From positions 338,272,001 through 338,336,000 of the forward strand of contig OZ024743.1 in NCBI GenBank assembly GCA_964016885.1: DNA of 64,000 nucleotides, in the 5' to 3' direction. Every line of letters begins with the position of its first letter. The first letter of the stretch is position 1. Of this stretch, positions 13,039-26,494 are shown in pieces. Under the pieces are notes generated by a model that searched no databases, was not told the DNA's origin, and worked only from the letters and a program-made list of their open reading frames with translations. The DNA comes from Eledone cirrhosa (lineage: Eukaryota). Position numbers and translations under genes: made by a program.

Positions 13039-13215
13039 ATAATTGTTTCTACTTTTGGCACAAGGCCAGCAATTATCCTTTTATTTTATCGACCCTGTAA
13101 GGATGAAAGGCAAAGTTAACCTCGGCAGGATTTGAACTCAGATCATAAATGGAGGTAACTCTATGCTTCAAAGCATGGCGTCCGACCCTCTACCAATACT
13201 GCCAATCCACTGCCC
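13039..13215 (-). mobile_element. tRNA-derived SINE (same family, inverted)
   Basis: Reverse complement of 10674-10866. Confidence 0.85.
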
Positions 13216-13996
13216 TGTTAAAAATAATGATAACAAAGAGTTAAGAAAAGATAATATTAAGTCTCCCTTTTAAACTTACATTACAAACAACAGCTTAACC
13301 CTTTAGTTACCAACCTGGCCTAAACCAGCTCTGATTCTATGAAATATAGTCACCATTTTAAAGTTTTCCATCATTGTCATTTTAACATCCGTGTTCCCTG
13401 CTAGCAAGAGTTGGATGGGTCTATAAAGACAAAATCCATACTGAAGGGGAGTTACTGATCTCTCAAGCAAGCCAGGGATCTATGTCTTGCTTATGTACAG
13501 TTTCATGTGCCATCATGTACAGGGTGTGTTTATCGTGTAAATCACCAACAGTAGGGAAGTTGTCATGCCCTTGACACAACTGGATGCCCTTCCTATCACC
13601 AACAACTTTACAGTATGTACTGGGTGCATTTATTGTAAAATCTTCCAACATAATTTTATATGAGAACCTTTCAGTGGTGGCAGGGGTGGTGAACACAGCA
13701 TATGTAAAAGCTGAGAGGATACAGTAGGGTCGCTATGATGGATCAACACAGAAGGAAAGAACATGCAGTATGTAATTTCACCTACTATATAGTATCAAAT
13801 GCTACATAAACACATTAACAGCAACCAACTCACCTCACACATCATCATCATCATTTTACAGTTGGATCATATTTCATGAACGGTTATTTCTGTGTGTGTG
13901 TATGTGTGTGTATGTGTTTGGATGTGTGTGTGTTGCATAGAAACATATATACATAAACAGAAATGTATACATATACATTTACATATGTGTACATCT

Positions 13997-14071
<75 letters not shown>

Positions 14072-14585
14072 ATAAACACATATGTAAATAAACAGAAATG
14101 TATACATATATTGCTAGACATCACAGTCCTGTATGAGCAAGACACGGTCATCTGATCTGGATTTTCTCACAACAGGACAACTTGTCTAACCCATGCTAGC
14201 ATGGAAAAAGGGATGTTAAATGGTGGTGATGATCATCATCATCATCATGATCACAATCTCATTTGCCATACATTCCCACACTCTACAAAGTGTATTTTAT
14301 CATAGCACCAGCACTACCTTAAGAGTTCTTCCGACCCCTTTTTGGCAGGTTTGCTACAGCTGGATGCTCTTCCTATCACCAACCTGTTTACAGAGTGTAC
14401 TGGGTGCATTTTTCATGTAGATCACTAGGATGTTTATCATGGCTTTCACAAAAAGGTTCTCCCAACAATTTGTTTGGCAGAGAAAATAGACTTTGTAAGT
14501 GGCAGAAACACTAAAAACACACATGAATTAGATTCCCTTATTTGCCAGGGAGTCTCCCTACAAGTTGTTGACAGCTTTTGTTACC

Positions 14586-14980
14586 TACTCTTGGGTCTTT
14601 AATAATCACCATCACCCAGTCTTATTCCACCACCCACCCTCACTTATTCAATTTTGCTAATCTATCTCCAGTGCGATTTTATTTTAAATGGGAGCATTCC
14701 TTTGACAATTTTCTTTATACATTAAAAACCCATTATACATAACAAAAAAGTACATTACTAGAAATCTCATACATTATAAAAAATAAATAGGATGGGTTGG
14801 GATCTCAATATTTAAACTAAACAACTAATTCTGGTTTTAAAAAAAAACCCAATGAAGACAACCTAGAAAAGTTAATGATTCCGCCCTCCCTCGTTTAGTC
14901 CACCTATCCCCATTTATTCCAACCCAGCACGCACAGTTTATTCCACCACCACCACCCCTATTATTTGGGACCCGATAGTA
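14586..14980. mobile_element. TA-flanked MITE (Tc1/mariner/pogo-like)
   Basis: Imperfect TIRs TACTCTTGGGTCTTTAATAAT and ATTATTTGGGACCCGATAGTA. Confidence 0.55.
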
Positions 14981-15367
14981 AGTGGCCTAAGAAGCAGTTG
15001 GTGGAGAATACTCTGAAAGTGTAAAAAGTGTGAAAATGTTTCGCTGAAGGACATACTGCTCCAGCAGGAATGAACCTTCTAAGCCAAGCCTGTTTACTGG
15101 TAGAAGTTGAGAGCAGATATTATCTATGCACAGGTAGCAGTGTTCAATAAGAAGTTGAAATACAGAAAGTTTAGTGGGTAGCCCAGATATGTGAATAGAT
15201 ATATAGATGGGAGATTTGTGTCTTAGAAAGAAATGTGTGATGTATATCTTAACACTAGCACCAGTAACAATGGTACTAGCAGGTGGTGATGGTGGGGTGG
15301 GTAGGTCAAATGGTGAACAACCAAGTCCTGTAGGTTGTTTTTTTGTTCTCCTTTTATGACTTGTCCT

Positions 15368-15425
<58 letters not shown>

Positions 15426-15736
15426 TATATATATGCACACAGAGTAAGGAGGAATAATAAGATAGTGGAATAAAGATGGTGATAGAGATAATTAGAATTT
15501 TATATGAAACATGGGAAGGAGAAAGAAAGGGAAAGATCTGAGGGAGGAAAAGACAGAGGGAAGGAAAAAGCGAGAGAGACAGAGAGGGAAAGAAAGAGGC
15601 AGAAGAAAGGAAAGAAAGAGAGAGATAGAGAGTTAGTGAGAGACATCGTGGTAGTGTAAAGCTCCTCCCAGAAAGGAGCTACTGCAACCTAGTAAATATT
15701 GACATACACATATAGACACATATATGTCAGAGTATG

Positions 15737-15770
<34 letters not shown>

Positions 15771-15857
15771 TACATCAGTAAAGCACACATATAGACACAT
15801 ATACAGTTACATACATAGAACCAGTCATACTCATACACGCACATGTGCATGTGCACG

Positions 15858-16238
15858 ATGACACATGACTGTTACCTCTGGCATCACGCAGTAATACAGA
15901 GTACCCGACCTCCCATGGGTACAAGCTGAAGCATATAGACAATATGCCCTCACACCCTCTCACTGCAAAGTGGTCATGGAGGTGCCACGGCAAAAAAGCA
16001 CCCAGCCCACACTGTAAAGTGGACGTGTAGGCGCCACGGAAAAAAGCACCCAGCACTCACTGTAAATGAGGTTGGTGTTAGGAAGGGCATCCAGCTGTAG
16101 AAATCAAGCCAAAATCAGTTCCTGTATGAGCAAGGCATGGTCAGCCGACCAGACACTGCCCACAACAGGACAACCCGTCTAACCCATGCTAGCATGGAAG
16201 AACGGACGTAAAACGATAATGATGATGATGATGATGAT
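15858..16238 (+). mobile_element. RTE LINE 3' end with (GAT)n tail
   Basis: Reverse complement of 57721-58095; ends CATGCTAGCATGGAAGAACGGACGTAAAAC(GAT)n. Confidence 0.85.
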
Positions 16239-16349
16239 GTGCATATGCAGTCAGTCACACACAAACACACACACAAACACACACACACATACATACATAC
16301 AAACACAGTTAAATCATATCTCAAATAAACAAACAAGATTTAGCATGCA

Positions 16350-16655
16350 AAAAACTATAACTACAACAACTACAACAATAACAACCACAATAACAACAAC
16401 AACCATAAAAATAACCATAACGACTATAGCAATCACAACAAGAACAACCACAATATCAGCAACCACAATAAAACAACAACAGCAGCAACTACAACAACCA
16501 CAACAACAACAACCACAATGACAACAACAACAACAGCAGCAACCACAAAAACCACAACAACAGCAATCACAACAACTACAGCAATCAAAGCCACAATAGC
16601 AACTACAACAACTATAACCACAAGCAGCAACAGCAGTACCACCACCACCACCAAT
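16350..16655. repeat. Degenerate (ACA)n microsatellite
   Basis: Direct reading. Confidence 0.85.
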
Positions 16656-16775
16656 CCCATACTACGGTCTGTAGAATTGGATCTTTCAGAGAAGGAATCA
16701 ATTTCAAACTGCCGCAATGCCTAGGGAATGCTGCATGGGTGAATGATGCATGAAGGACTGTGGAACAGATGGAAA

Positions 16776-17150
16776 AGAGCTAATCATCTGATCAGATCAT
16801 GGAAATTTTCATTTCATTGGACTTTCCATTACTGGTTCTATATGTTAGTTGCAACATCTGGTAACAGAAAGCAGCTGATCATCTGATCAGACCAAGGAAA
16901 CTATGTTTCCATTAGTTTTTCCATTGGTGATACTATCTATCAGTCACAACTCCTGACATAGGAAATGAGCTAATCATATGATCGGACCAAGGAAACTATG
17001 TTTCCATTAGTTTTTCCATTGGTGATACTATCTATCAGTCACAACTCCTGACATAGGAAATGAGCTAATCATATGATCGGACCAAGGAAACTATGTTTCC
17101 ATTCGTCTTTCCATTGCTGATACTATATGCCAGTTACAACTCATGGCAGA
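16776..17150. repeat. ~95-bp tandem repeat, about 4 copies
   Basis: TGAGCTAATCATATGATCGGACCAAGGAAACTATGTTTCCATT recurs at 16966 and 17061, with diverged copies upstream. Confidence 0.85.
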
Positions 17151-17644
17151 AGGAGGTGGAATATGAACTCAGAATGCTCGGAGCCCAATCAAAAACCAAC
17201 TCATTAACATTTCTGCTAATCCACTGCCCCAAAACTGGTAATTTTTTTTCATCAACATCCAAAATAATGAAAGGCAAAAACGACCTTAATTGAACTTAAG
17301 CTCAAGGACATCTAATCCAACATCCTAACAACCCTGTCAAATCCCCACCTGATGTATGAAGAGCTGTTGATCGCTGGGAAGGAGGTGGGAGAAACACAAT
17401 GAGGATCTAATCAGGTGACTTCAACTTGTTCTTTATATTGTTTAGCCTTGATCAAGTAGACCTGACATTAACCTTTTGTCACCATATTTCTAATGAAATA
17501 TGAACAATTTCAATTAATTAATATGAACTATTTCAATTAATTATGGAAGAATTTTGAAGTGGACTAAAAAAAAAATGATTATTTCATTACTAATCTAGTA
17601 ATTTCACAAATGTTTCTTATATAAAATTATGTTTATGCCTGAGC

Positions 17645-18690
17645 TTATGTGTATGTATACCCATGTGTATGTTTGTCTGTGTATGTATGCATATACACAT
17701 GTATGTCTGTGTGTAAGTATCACTATGTGTATGTTTGTCTGTGTATGTATGCATATACACATGTATGTCTGTGTGTAAGTATCACTATGTGTATGTTTGT
17801 CTGTGTATGTATGCATATATGCATGTATGTCTGTGTGTATGTATCTCTGTGTATGTTTGTCTGTGTATATGTATCCCTATGTTTATGTATTCCTATGTTT
17901 ATGTATGCCTATGTTTATGTTTATCCATGTATGTATCCATATACGCATGTATGTGTGCATAAGTATTTCTGAGTATGTAGCTTTATGTGTATATATCACT
18001 ATGTGTATGTATACTTGTTCACCTATAAGCCAGTGTGTATGCTTGTGCATCTATATGTCTGTGTGTATGTATGTCTGGGCGTATGTATGTCTGTGCGTAT
18101 GTATGTGTGTATGTATGTCTATGTGTATGTATGTATGTGTATATGTCTATGTGTGTGTATGTCTATGTGCATGTATGTCTATGTGTATATATGTCTGTGT
18201 ATATATGTCTGTGTATATATGTCTGTGTATATATGTCTGTGTATATATGTCTGTGTATATATGTCTGTGTATATATGTCTGTGTGTATATATGTCTGTGT
18301 GTATATATGTCTATGTGTATATATGTCTATGTGTATATATCTGTGTATGTATGTCTATATGTACATATGTCTGTGTTTATGTCTGTGTGTGTATGTATGT
18401 CTGTGTATATATGTCTGTGTGTATGTATGTCTGTGTGTATGTATGTCTGTGTATGTATGTCTGTGTGTATATATGTCTAAGTGTATGTATAATCTATGTA
18501 TCTCTCTGTATATATGTCTATGTATATTTATGTCTATCAGTATGCATATCTATGTATTCCTGTGGATATGTGTGTATATATGTATATATATGTGTATATA
18601 TGTCTATGTATATTTATGTCTAACAGTATGCATATCTATGTATTCCTGTGCATATATGTGTATATGTGTATACATATGTGTATGCCTTTT
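17645..18690. repeat. Degenerate TG/TA compound microsatellite
   Basis: Direct reading; source of spurious CVY-rich ORFs. Confidence 0.9.
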
Positions 18691-18843
18691 ATGTTTTTAC
18701 AGAAAACATAATCTGTCTTACCATTCTAGCTTGTTGTGTCTATCAGAGTGACTCACAGAGAATATACTAGAAAGATTTCTCTGTTGCCATTCCCAATTAG
18801 GTATTATTCATGCCTGAATGTAATATATATACGTATATATACA

Positions 18844-18915
<72 letters not shown>

Positions 18916-18974
18916 TACACACACACATATATATATACATATACACATACACACACCAACACACATATATATAT

Positions 18975-19167
18975 GTTATTCCGGGTTGAATCAGGGGTAA
19001 CCACAGTAAGTAAGGTACTCAATACATAGCAGAGTATAAAGTTTTAATATAGAAGAGCTTCTACAGGACTAGAACTGTTTCATTCATGAGAAATCATCAG
19101 GAAGCTTCCTGATGATTTCTCATGAATCAAACAGTTCTAGTCCTGTAGAAGCTCTTCTATATTAAAA
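18975..19167 (-). mobile_element. Penelope-like pseudo-LTR with inverted 5' duplication (126-bp palindrome 19042-19167)
   Basis: Palindrome centred on AAGCTT (19102-19107); flanked by (TA)n on both sides; contains a hammerhead core. Confidence 0.75.
19056..19106 (-). ncRNA. Type I hammerhead ribozyme
   Basis: AGCTTC-CTGATGA-TTTCTCATGAAT-GAAA-CAG-ttctagtc-CTG-TA-GAAGCT: 6-bp stem I, short stem II, stem III CAG/CTG, GUA cleavage triplet. Confidence 0.8.
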
Positions 19168-19214
<47 letters not shown>

Positions 19215-19768
19215 ATGGTACATAAGATGAAAGAGGATTATGATGATGATGATGATGATGAAACCTCAGTTCATGAACGCCTCTCATTACGAACATTTCA
19301 AGTGCCAAACTAATTAAATTCCTGAACAAAGTTTTCACTGTATATATATTAGCCTTTTATGTCAGCTTTTTCCATATATATATATAGAATTTGTCAACTC
19401 TTATTAATGGTCAGGCTACTTCTACAAAATGTAATGTAAAAATACCATTTTCTTCTTGTCTCTCCATCCTTCGGTTCATTCATCCATATATCTGTATAAT
19501 TGCCCAGAATCCAATCTTTGCTCTTTCTCAATGCTATTCTATAATTCTGTCTGGTTGTTCAAATAATCTTGTGTATTTTTAAAATCCCAGTATTCGCTTA
19601 TTACTGTTATATGCTTGTCCAATTAGGCCCAAAAGTCGAGGATTTTATTTAAAACCTTCTCCTCACTAACTACAAAATACCCCTCCCGCCCGCACCCACT
19701 CGCCACCATTATTATTTGGACCAATCATAAATCAGCGGCCTATGCTATCACTTCTGTTGCTTTTCGAT

Positions 19769-22700
19769 ATGATGGATGGACTAAGGAATTCTGGAGAGTC
19801 TGAAAAATCTGGACACTCAGTGACAATGCCAAAGATAACGACAAATTCACCTCATGCTGCCAAACAAAAAGGCAAGGACCCCTCCTCTTTATTTTGGCCG
19901 CGGATGGCCAACATAACTCCAACCCCATCCCCCTCACCCCTCCCTGCGCCCTACCGTTCACACCCACCAAACGCAATCCAAAACTTCAGAGTTGGTACCA
20001 TGAATGTAGGCACCTTAAAAGGTCGCTCTAACGAGGTTGTAGAAATGCTTGAACACAAGGAGGTTGATGTTTGCTGTATCCAAGAGACCAGGTGGAGGGG
20101 CGGGTCTGCTAGATTCATTGTGGGTAAAAAACGATGCTATAAGCTTTTCTGGGTGGGAAATGACAATGGGCTGGGTGGGTAGGAATCATGTTAGCAGAAA
20201 AATGGGGGGGGGGGATAAGATAATAGACGTAAATAGAGTGAACGACAGAATAATTAAAATAAGACTTGTTCTAAATAGAACTACTGTGACAGTAATATCT
20301 GCGTACGCACCCTAAACCGGACTGCCTGGCGCTATAAAAGACAGATTCTATAAGATACTGATGCTCACTACCTCCCAAATAACCGACAGTGACTATATAA
20401 TTATTGCTGGCAACCTAAATGGTCACGTTGGACAACATTGTGACAGCTATGACTGAACCCATGGAGGCTATGGGTTTGGTACTAGAAATGAGGAAGGCTC
20501 CAGAATCCTGGAATTCTGTGACGCAAATAACCTAACTATCTGTAACACTAACTTCAAAAAACGAGACAATCACTTGATCACCTACAGATTGGGGGAACAC
20601 ACAAGCCAGGTAGATTATATCCTTACCAGAAGATGTGACAGAGTGTCTGTTGTAAACACTAAATCCCTCCCCCATGAAGAATGCACCTCTCAACATAGAC
20701 TGATAATTAGCGACCTCATAGTCAGGATGAGACGTACTCGACAACAGAAGAGGACTATCCTCAGGAGAAAAATATGGAAGCTAAAGGACCCCACAGCCAG
20801 TAATAAATTTAAAAGCATATTACTTGATGCTTTCGACAGTAAGGAAGAGCAATTAGAGTCGTACAATATAGAGGAACAGTGGGAATTCCTGAAAGCAAAC
20901 CTGCTGATGGCAGCTGATGAAATCTGTGGCTGGAGCAGGCCTATAGGCAGGAGGAGAGTAACGTGGTGGTGGAACAGTAAGGTGGAGGAGTCAATTAAGG
21001 CCAAAAAGCAGGCTTGGAAAGTATGGCGGGATGGGGGAAGTAGAGAAGACTTTCAAGTGGCCAGGAGGGAAGCTAGGAGACAAGTGTACTTCACAAGAAG
21101 GGAAGCAGAGGAAAGAAAATTCAAGCATGTTCTACAACGCGAGGACCAAAAACGTGAGGTGTTCAGGATTGCTAGACAATGTGTCAAGGAAAACCGTGAT
21201 ATTGTCGGAGAGAAGTGTGTCCTTAATGATGATGGTGTACTTGCCATCACTGATGCTGATAAGAAGGTAGCTTGGAAGTGTCACTACGAAAGGCTACTAA
21301 ATGAGGAGAATAAATGGAAGAAAGACAGTCTCCCCCACATCGATCCAATAGAGGGACGAGCAGTGCTAGTTGAAGGTAGTATAATAAGTAAGGCAATCAA
21401 AGATATGAAGACGGGTAAGGCGGTTGGGCCTTCGGAAATAGTTGCTGAAATGCTGAAAGCTTCTGGAACGGTGGGACACACTATGGTCACCCGGATAGTA
21501 AACCAAGTCATACAGAATGGGGTTGTTCCGAAGGACTGGCGTAGCAGCATCATCATTAACTGCTACAAGGGTAAAGGAGATGCCCTAGATAGGGGTAACT
21601 ATAGAGGCATTAAATTAATCGACCAGGTCATGAAGGTCACAGAAAAAGTAATAGCGCAACTAATCAGAGAGTGAATTGATCTACATGAAATGCAGTTCGG
21701 GTTTGTGTCAGGTAAAAGTACCACAGACGCTCTTTTCATTGTACGACAACTACAGGAGAAGTAACTAGCTAAAAGTAAACCCCTATACTTAGCTTTTGTC
21801 GACTTGTTGGCTTGTGAGAGCTATACAAGCCATGTATAAAGAAACAGTCAGCAAGGTTAGAATTAACAACGAATATAGTGAAGAGTTTAGCGTAAAAGTT
21901 GGTGTTCATCAGAGCTCCATTCTTAGCCCCCTACTATTTATTATTGCCCTTCAGGCTATAACAGAGGAGTTCAAGACCGGCTGCCCATGGCAACTCCTAT
22001 ACACAGATGATCTAACGTTCATAGCTGAATCAATGGCTGAACTAGAGAAGAAATTCCAAACATGGAAGCATGGCCTAGAATCAAAAGACCTTAAAATTAA
22101 CCTGTCTAAGACTAAAGTTCTAGTTTGTAGGAAGGAAAATAGGGCACCGGTCCCATCCGGGAAATGGCCATGCTCAGTGTGTAGGAAAGGAGTAGGCAGA
22201 AACTCCATTTTATGTCCCAAATGCAAAGTATTGGTGCATAAAAGATGTAGTGGGATCACAGGTAAGCTAACTAAGAATATAGATTTTATATGTGGCCAGT
22301 GCGCTGGTACAATAAGTAGCAACATATGCCCACAGAATACTAGCTCATTCCATTGCACAGATAGTTCTATAGAAATAGTGGACACCTTCCGTTACTTGGG
22401 TGACAAAATCAGCAGTGGTGGAGGGTGCTCTGAAAGTACAGTAGCTAGAGTCAGAACAGGATGGAAAAAGTTCAGAGAACTTATACCACTATTGGCCGCT
22501 AAAGGGTTCTCTCTAAAAATGAAAGGCAGGCTGTATGATGCCTGCATATGAACAGCAATGTTACATGGCAGTGAGACCTGGGCATTGTGTGCAGAGGATA
22601 TATGCAGACTGGAGAGAAACGAAGCTTGCATGCTCCGCTGGATGTGTAATAGTAATATACGTGAACGGCAAAGCATAAACGAACTAAGGGAGAAATTAGG

Positions 22701-23450
22701 AATAAGAGGGATCAGATGTTGTTTACTCGAGAGAAGACTACGTTGGTACGGTCATGTGATGCGCATGAAAGACAGCTGTATAAAAAAGTGCAGGGAGATA
22801 AAAATCGACGGTAGCCACGGAGTAGACAGACCCAGAAAAACCTGGGACGACTTGATAAATTCCGACCTCACACACTTACACCTCTCCAAGACAATGTCAC
22901 TGGACCAAGATCTTTGGCGCTACACAGTTATACAGAAACCTACAGTCAGTAGGCACCTCTAACAAAATACACCCCCGTCCCACTACCCCCACCCCATCCA
23001 TACCACCCCCTTAAATGTGAAGTTATGTTGGTACCACAACATCCAGTCCGAAACAAATGAGGTTGTGTAGGTGTCACGACAAAAAAACACACAGTACACG
23101 CTGTAATGTGGCCGTGTAGGTAACACGGTAAAAACCTCTCAGTCCACACTGTAAACGTGTTTGATGTTGGGAAGGGCACCCAGCCGTAGAAAACCCTGCA
23201 GACGTGTAGGTGTCACGACAAAAAACACACAGTCCACGCTGTAATGTGGCCGTGTAGGTAACACGGTAAAAACCTCCCAGTCCACACTGTAAACGTGGTT
23301 GGTGTTAGGAAGAGCATCCAGCCGTAGAAAACCCACCAGACAGTCCTATACGAGCAGGACAACCAATCTTGCCTCAAGTGGGAAAACTCCCGTCCAAAAC
23401 CCATGCAAGCGTGGAAGATGGACGTTAAACTATGATGATGATGATGATGA

Positions 23451-23453
<3 letters not shown>
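19769..23453 (+). mobile_element. Near full-length RTE-clade LINE, inactivated (APE endonuclease + RT with PHD-like insert)
   Basis: APE motifs GTMNVGTL, CIQETRW and SQVDYIL. RT motifs NYRGIKL, GVHQSSILSPLLF, YTDD and FRYLG. C-terminal RRLRWYGHVMRM, and a (GAT)n tail. Several stops, frameshifts and deletions. 5' boundary uncertain. Confidence 0.92.
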
Positions 23454-23494
<41 letters not shown>

Positions 23495-23679
23495 ATATAT
23501 ATATATCATCATCTTCGTTTAACGTCCATTTTCCACGCTAGCATGTATATATATATATATATATATGTACATACATATATATGTACATACATATATATAT
23601 ATATATACATATATATATATGTACATACATATATATATATACATATATATATATACATATATATACATACATAGCTGTA

Positions 23680-24262
23680 TAAAAAAGTGCAGGGCAATCA
23701 AAATTGATGGTAGTTACGGTGTAGGTTGACCCAGAAAAACCTGGGGCGATCTGATAAATTCCGACCTTACACATTTGCACCTCTCTAAGACAATGTCACT
23801 GGACCGAGATCTTTGGCGCTACGCAGTAATACAGAAGACTCGCCTTGCCTATGTACAAAGCGAAACCTACAGTCAGTAGGCACCTCTTAACTAAATAAAA
23901 CCCCAATCCACTACCCCTACACTATCCTCCCACTCCCACCAATACCACCCTCTCTCTATAAAGTTGGTACCACAACATCCAGTCCAAATAAATGAGATAA
24001 TGAGATCGAGATCGTGTAGGTGTCACGAGAAAAAAAATACAGTCCACGCTGAAATGTGGCCATGTAGGTAAGACGGTAAAAAGTTCCCAGTTCCACACTG
24101 TAAATGTGGTTGGTGTTAGGAAAGGCATCCAGCCGTAGAAAACCTGCCAGATAGTCCTATATGAGCGAGACACGGTCACCCGACGAACCTTGCCTCAAGT
24201 GGGACAACTCCCGTCAAACCCATGCTAGCGTGGAAAATGGACGTTAAACGAAGATGTTGATG
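23680..24262 (+). mobile_element. RTE 3' fragment
   Basis: Colinear with 22775-23430. Confidence 0.85.
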
Positions 24263-24268
24263 ATATAT

Positions 24269-24873
24269 ACATGGTGGCTGCCAACTCGTTTTCGAGTACG
24301 GCCACTACTTTATATCCATGTAGGAGAACCCCTACCGATGCGCTGAATGAGTGTGACTTTTTAGTCCAGCCAGTGACTTGAAAACTCTGGTACAAACACT
24401 ACACTTGTGACAATCATTGACACATAGTGCTGGGCCCATGATACCATGTGACGACAAGTGCAGAGAGATCTCCAAATATAAAGCAATGCCTGTGCCGTGA
24501 AGCTTTTATAGTGAGCAAAGGCACTGCACAAAGCCAGTCCCACTCGCTTAACCAAGATGATATTTACCAAAAAGAAGAACAAGTCAACATCATTGGATAC
24601 CATCAGGGTTGCAGGTGTTATATCAGAGTTTTCCTTCTAGAATTCTGCCTTGACAAAGGCTAAGGGGTCATCTCTCCCGGTGATTTTGGATGGCCATTGA
24701 CTCTTAAGAGCTCCTTTACCCTTTGACAGGTTTTGTTTTTAGTCCTGCAGGATGTCCAAAGTCACCCTCCTCACCAAGAAACCTTGGTGGGGTTGCCAGT
24801 TTAGTCGCCAACGACCCGACCATGAGACAGGTTGTACTGGGATACATGTTACCAGTAGCACCAACTGGTGACC
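24269..24873 (-). mobile_element. Interspersed repeat related to 9299-9908 (probable non-autonomous RTE derivative)
   Basis: Shared terminal blocks with 9299-9345 and 9722-9905. Confidence 0.5.
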
Positions 24874-24944
24874 ATACATACATATATACATACATATACA
24901 TACATACATACATATATATATATACATATATATACACACATACA

Positions 24945-24985
<41 letters not shown>

Positions 24986-25025
24986 ATATATATACATACA
25001 TATATATATATACATATATATATAT

Positions 25026-25072
<47 letters not shown>

Positions 25073-25088
25073 CATATATATATATATA

Positions 25089-25432
25089 TCATCATCATCA
25101 CCGTTTTACATCCGTTCTTCCACGCTAGCATGGGTTAGACGGGTTGACTTGTTGTGGGCAGTGTCCAGTCGGCTGACCTTCTCTTGCTCATACAGGAACT
25201 GATTCTGGCTTGATTTCTACAGCTGGATGCCCTTCCTAACACCAACCTCATTTACAGTGAGTGCTGGGCGCTTTTTTTCCGTGGCGCCTACATGACCACT
25301 TTACAGTGTGGGCTGGGTGCTTTTTTGCCGTGGCACCTCCACGACCATTTTGCAGTGGGAGGGTGTGGGGGTACATTGTCTATATGCTTCAGCTTCGGCT
25401 TGTACCCGTGGGGATATATATATATGATGATG

Positions 25433-25463
<31 letters not shown>

Positions 25464-25845
25464 CACATATATATATATGTACACACACTACCATGACCAC
25501 TGGCGTCACACAGTAATACAGAGTACCCGACCTCCATGGGTACAAGCTGAAGCATATAGACAATATGCCCCCACCGCAAGGTGGTCGTGGAGATGCCACG
25601 GCAAAAAAGCACCCAGCCCACACTGTAAAGTGGATGTGTAGGCGCCACGAAAAAGCACCCAGCACTCACTGTAAATGAGGTTGGTGTTAGGAAGGGCATC
25701 CAGCTGTAGAAATCAAGCCAAATCAGTTCCTGTATGAGCAAGGCATGGTCAGCCGACCAGACACTGCCCACAACAGGACAACCCGTCTAACCCATGCTAT
25801 CATGGAAGAACGGACGTAAAACGGTGATGATGATGATGATGATGA
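25089..25845. mobile_element. Two RTE 3' tails in inverted orientation (25089-25410 minus; 25490-25845 plus)
   Basis: Mutually reverse-complementary, each ending in (GAT)n, separated by (TA)n. Confidence 0.85.
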
Positions 25846-25923
25846 CTACCCACTCTACTACCCTAAGTATTGAGTACTTTGGTGCCTTATGGTCCACCTG
25901 GTTCCTTACCACATTTCCTCCGT

Positions 25924-25957
<34 letters not shown>

Positions 25958-26494
25958 TATAAATATATATATATGATTATATGATCATCATGATTTTATG
26001 ACTACTTCCGACACTGGCATGGGTCAGAAAGATTGTCTAAGACCAGATAGGTTGGATCAGCCTTTTTTGCTCATACTTTCTCTACTTGGACTTGGCATGG
26101 TTTCTATGACTGGATGCCCTTTCTAATGCCAACTACCTAACAGGATGTACTGAGTGCATTTTTTCATGGTATAACTATTACCATGTTACAGAGTGGACTT
26201 TCTATGGCACTAACACTTTACAGAGTGTACTGGGTGCATTTTATTGTTGCACTAGCACTAGTGTTGTTACATACTCTTCCAGAATGCAGGATCCTCTCAA
26301 ATCCTCTATTGCCTCCACTGCCAACACAGTAGCCTCTTTTCACTCATTACATTTACTTTTTGTGTTGCAGTACTTGTACAATCTTATGGCATATTGTCAA
26401 TCTACTTGGCTCTGTGTCATCTCCTTTGTGAGGTTCAATATCTTGAGGTCATTTTTCATAACTTTGTTCTATGTCTAAGTCTTCCACAGGTCCA

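Noticed and set aside
16776-17150. Satellite hammerhead in the 95-bp repeat (CTGATCA...GAAAC)
   Set aside because: The core is CTGATCA or ATGATCG rather than CTGANGA, and there is no stem II or stem I pairing.
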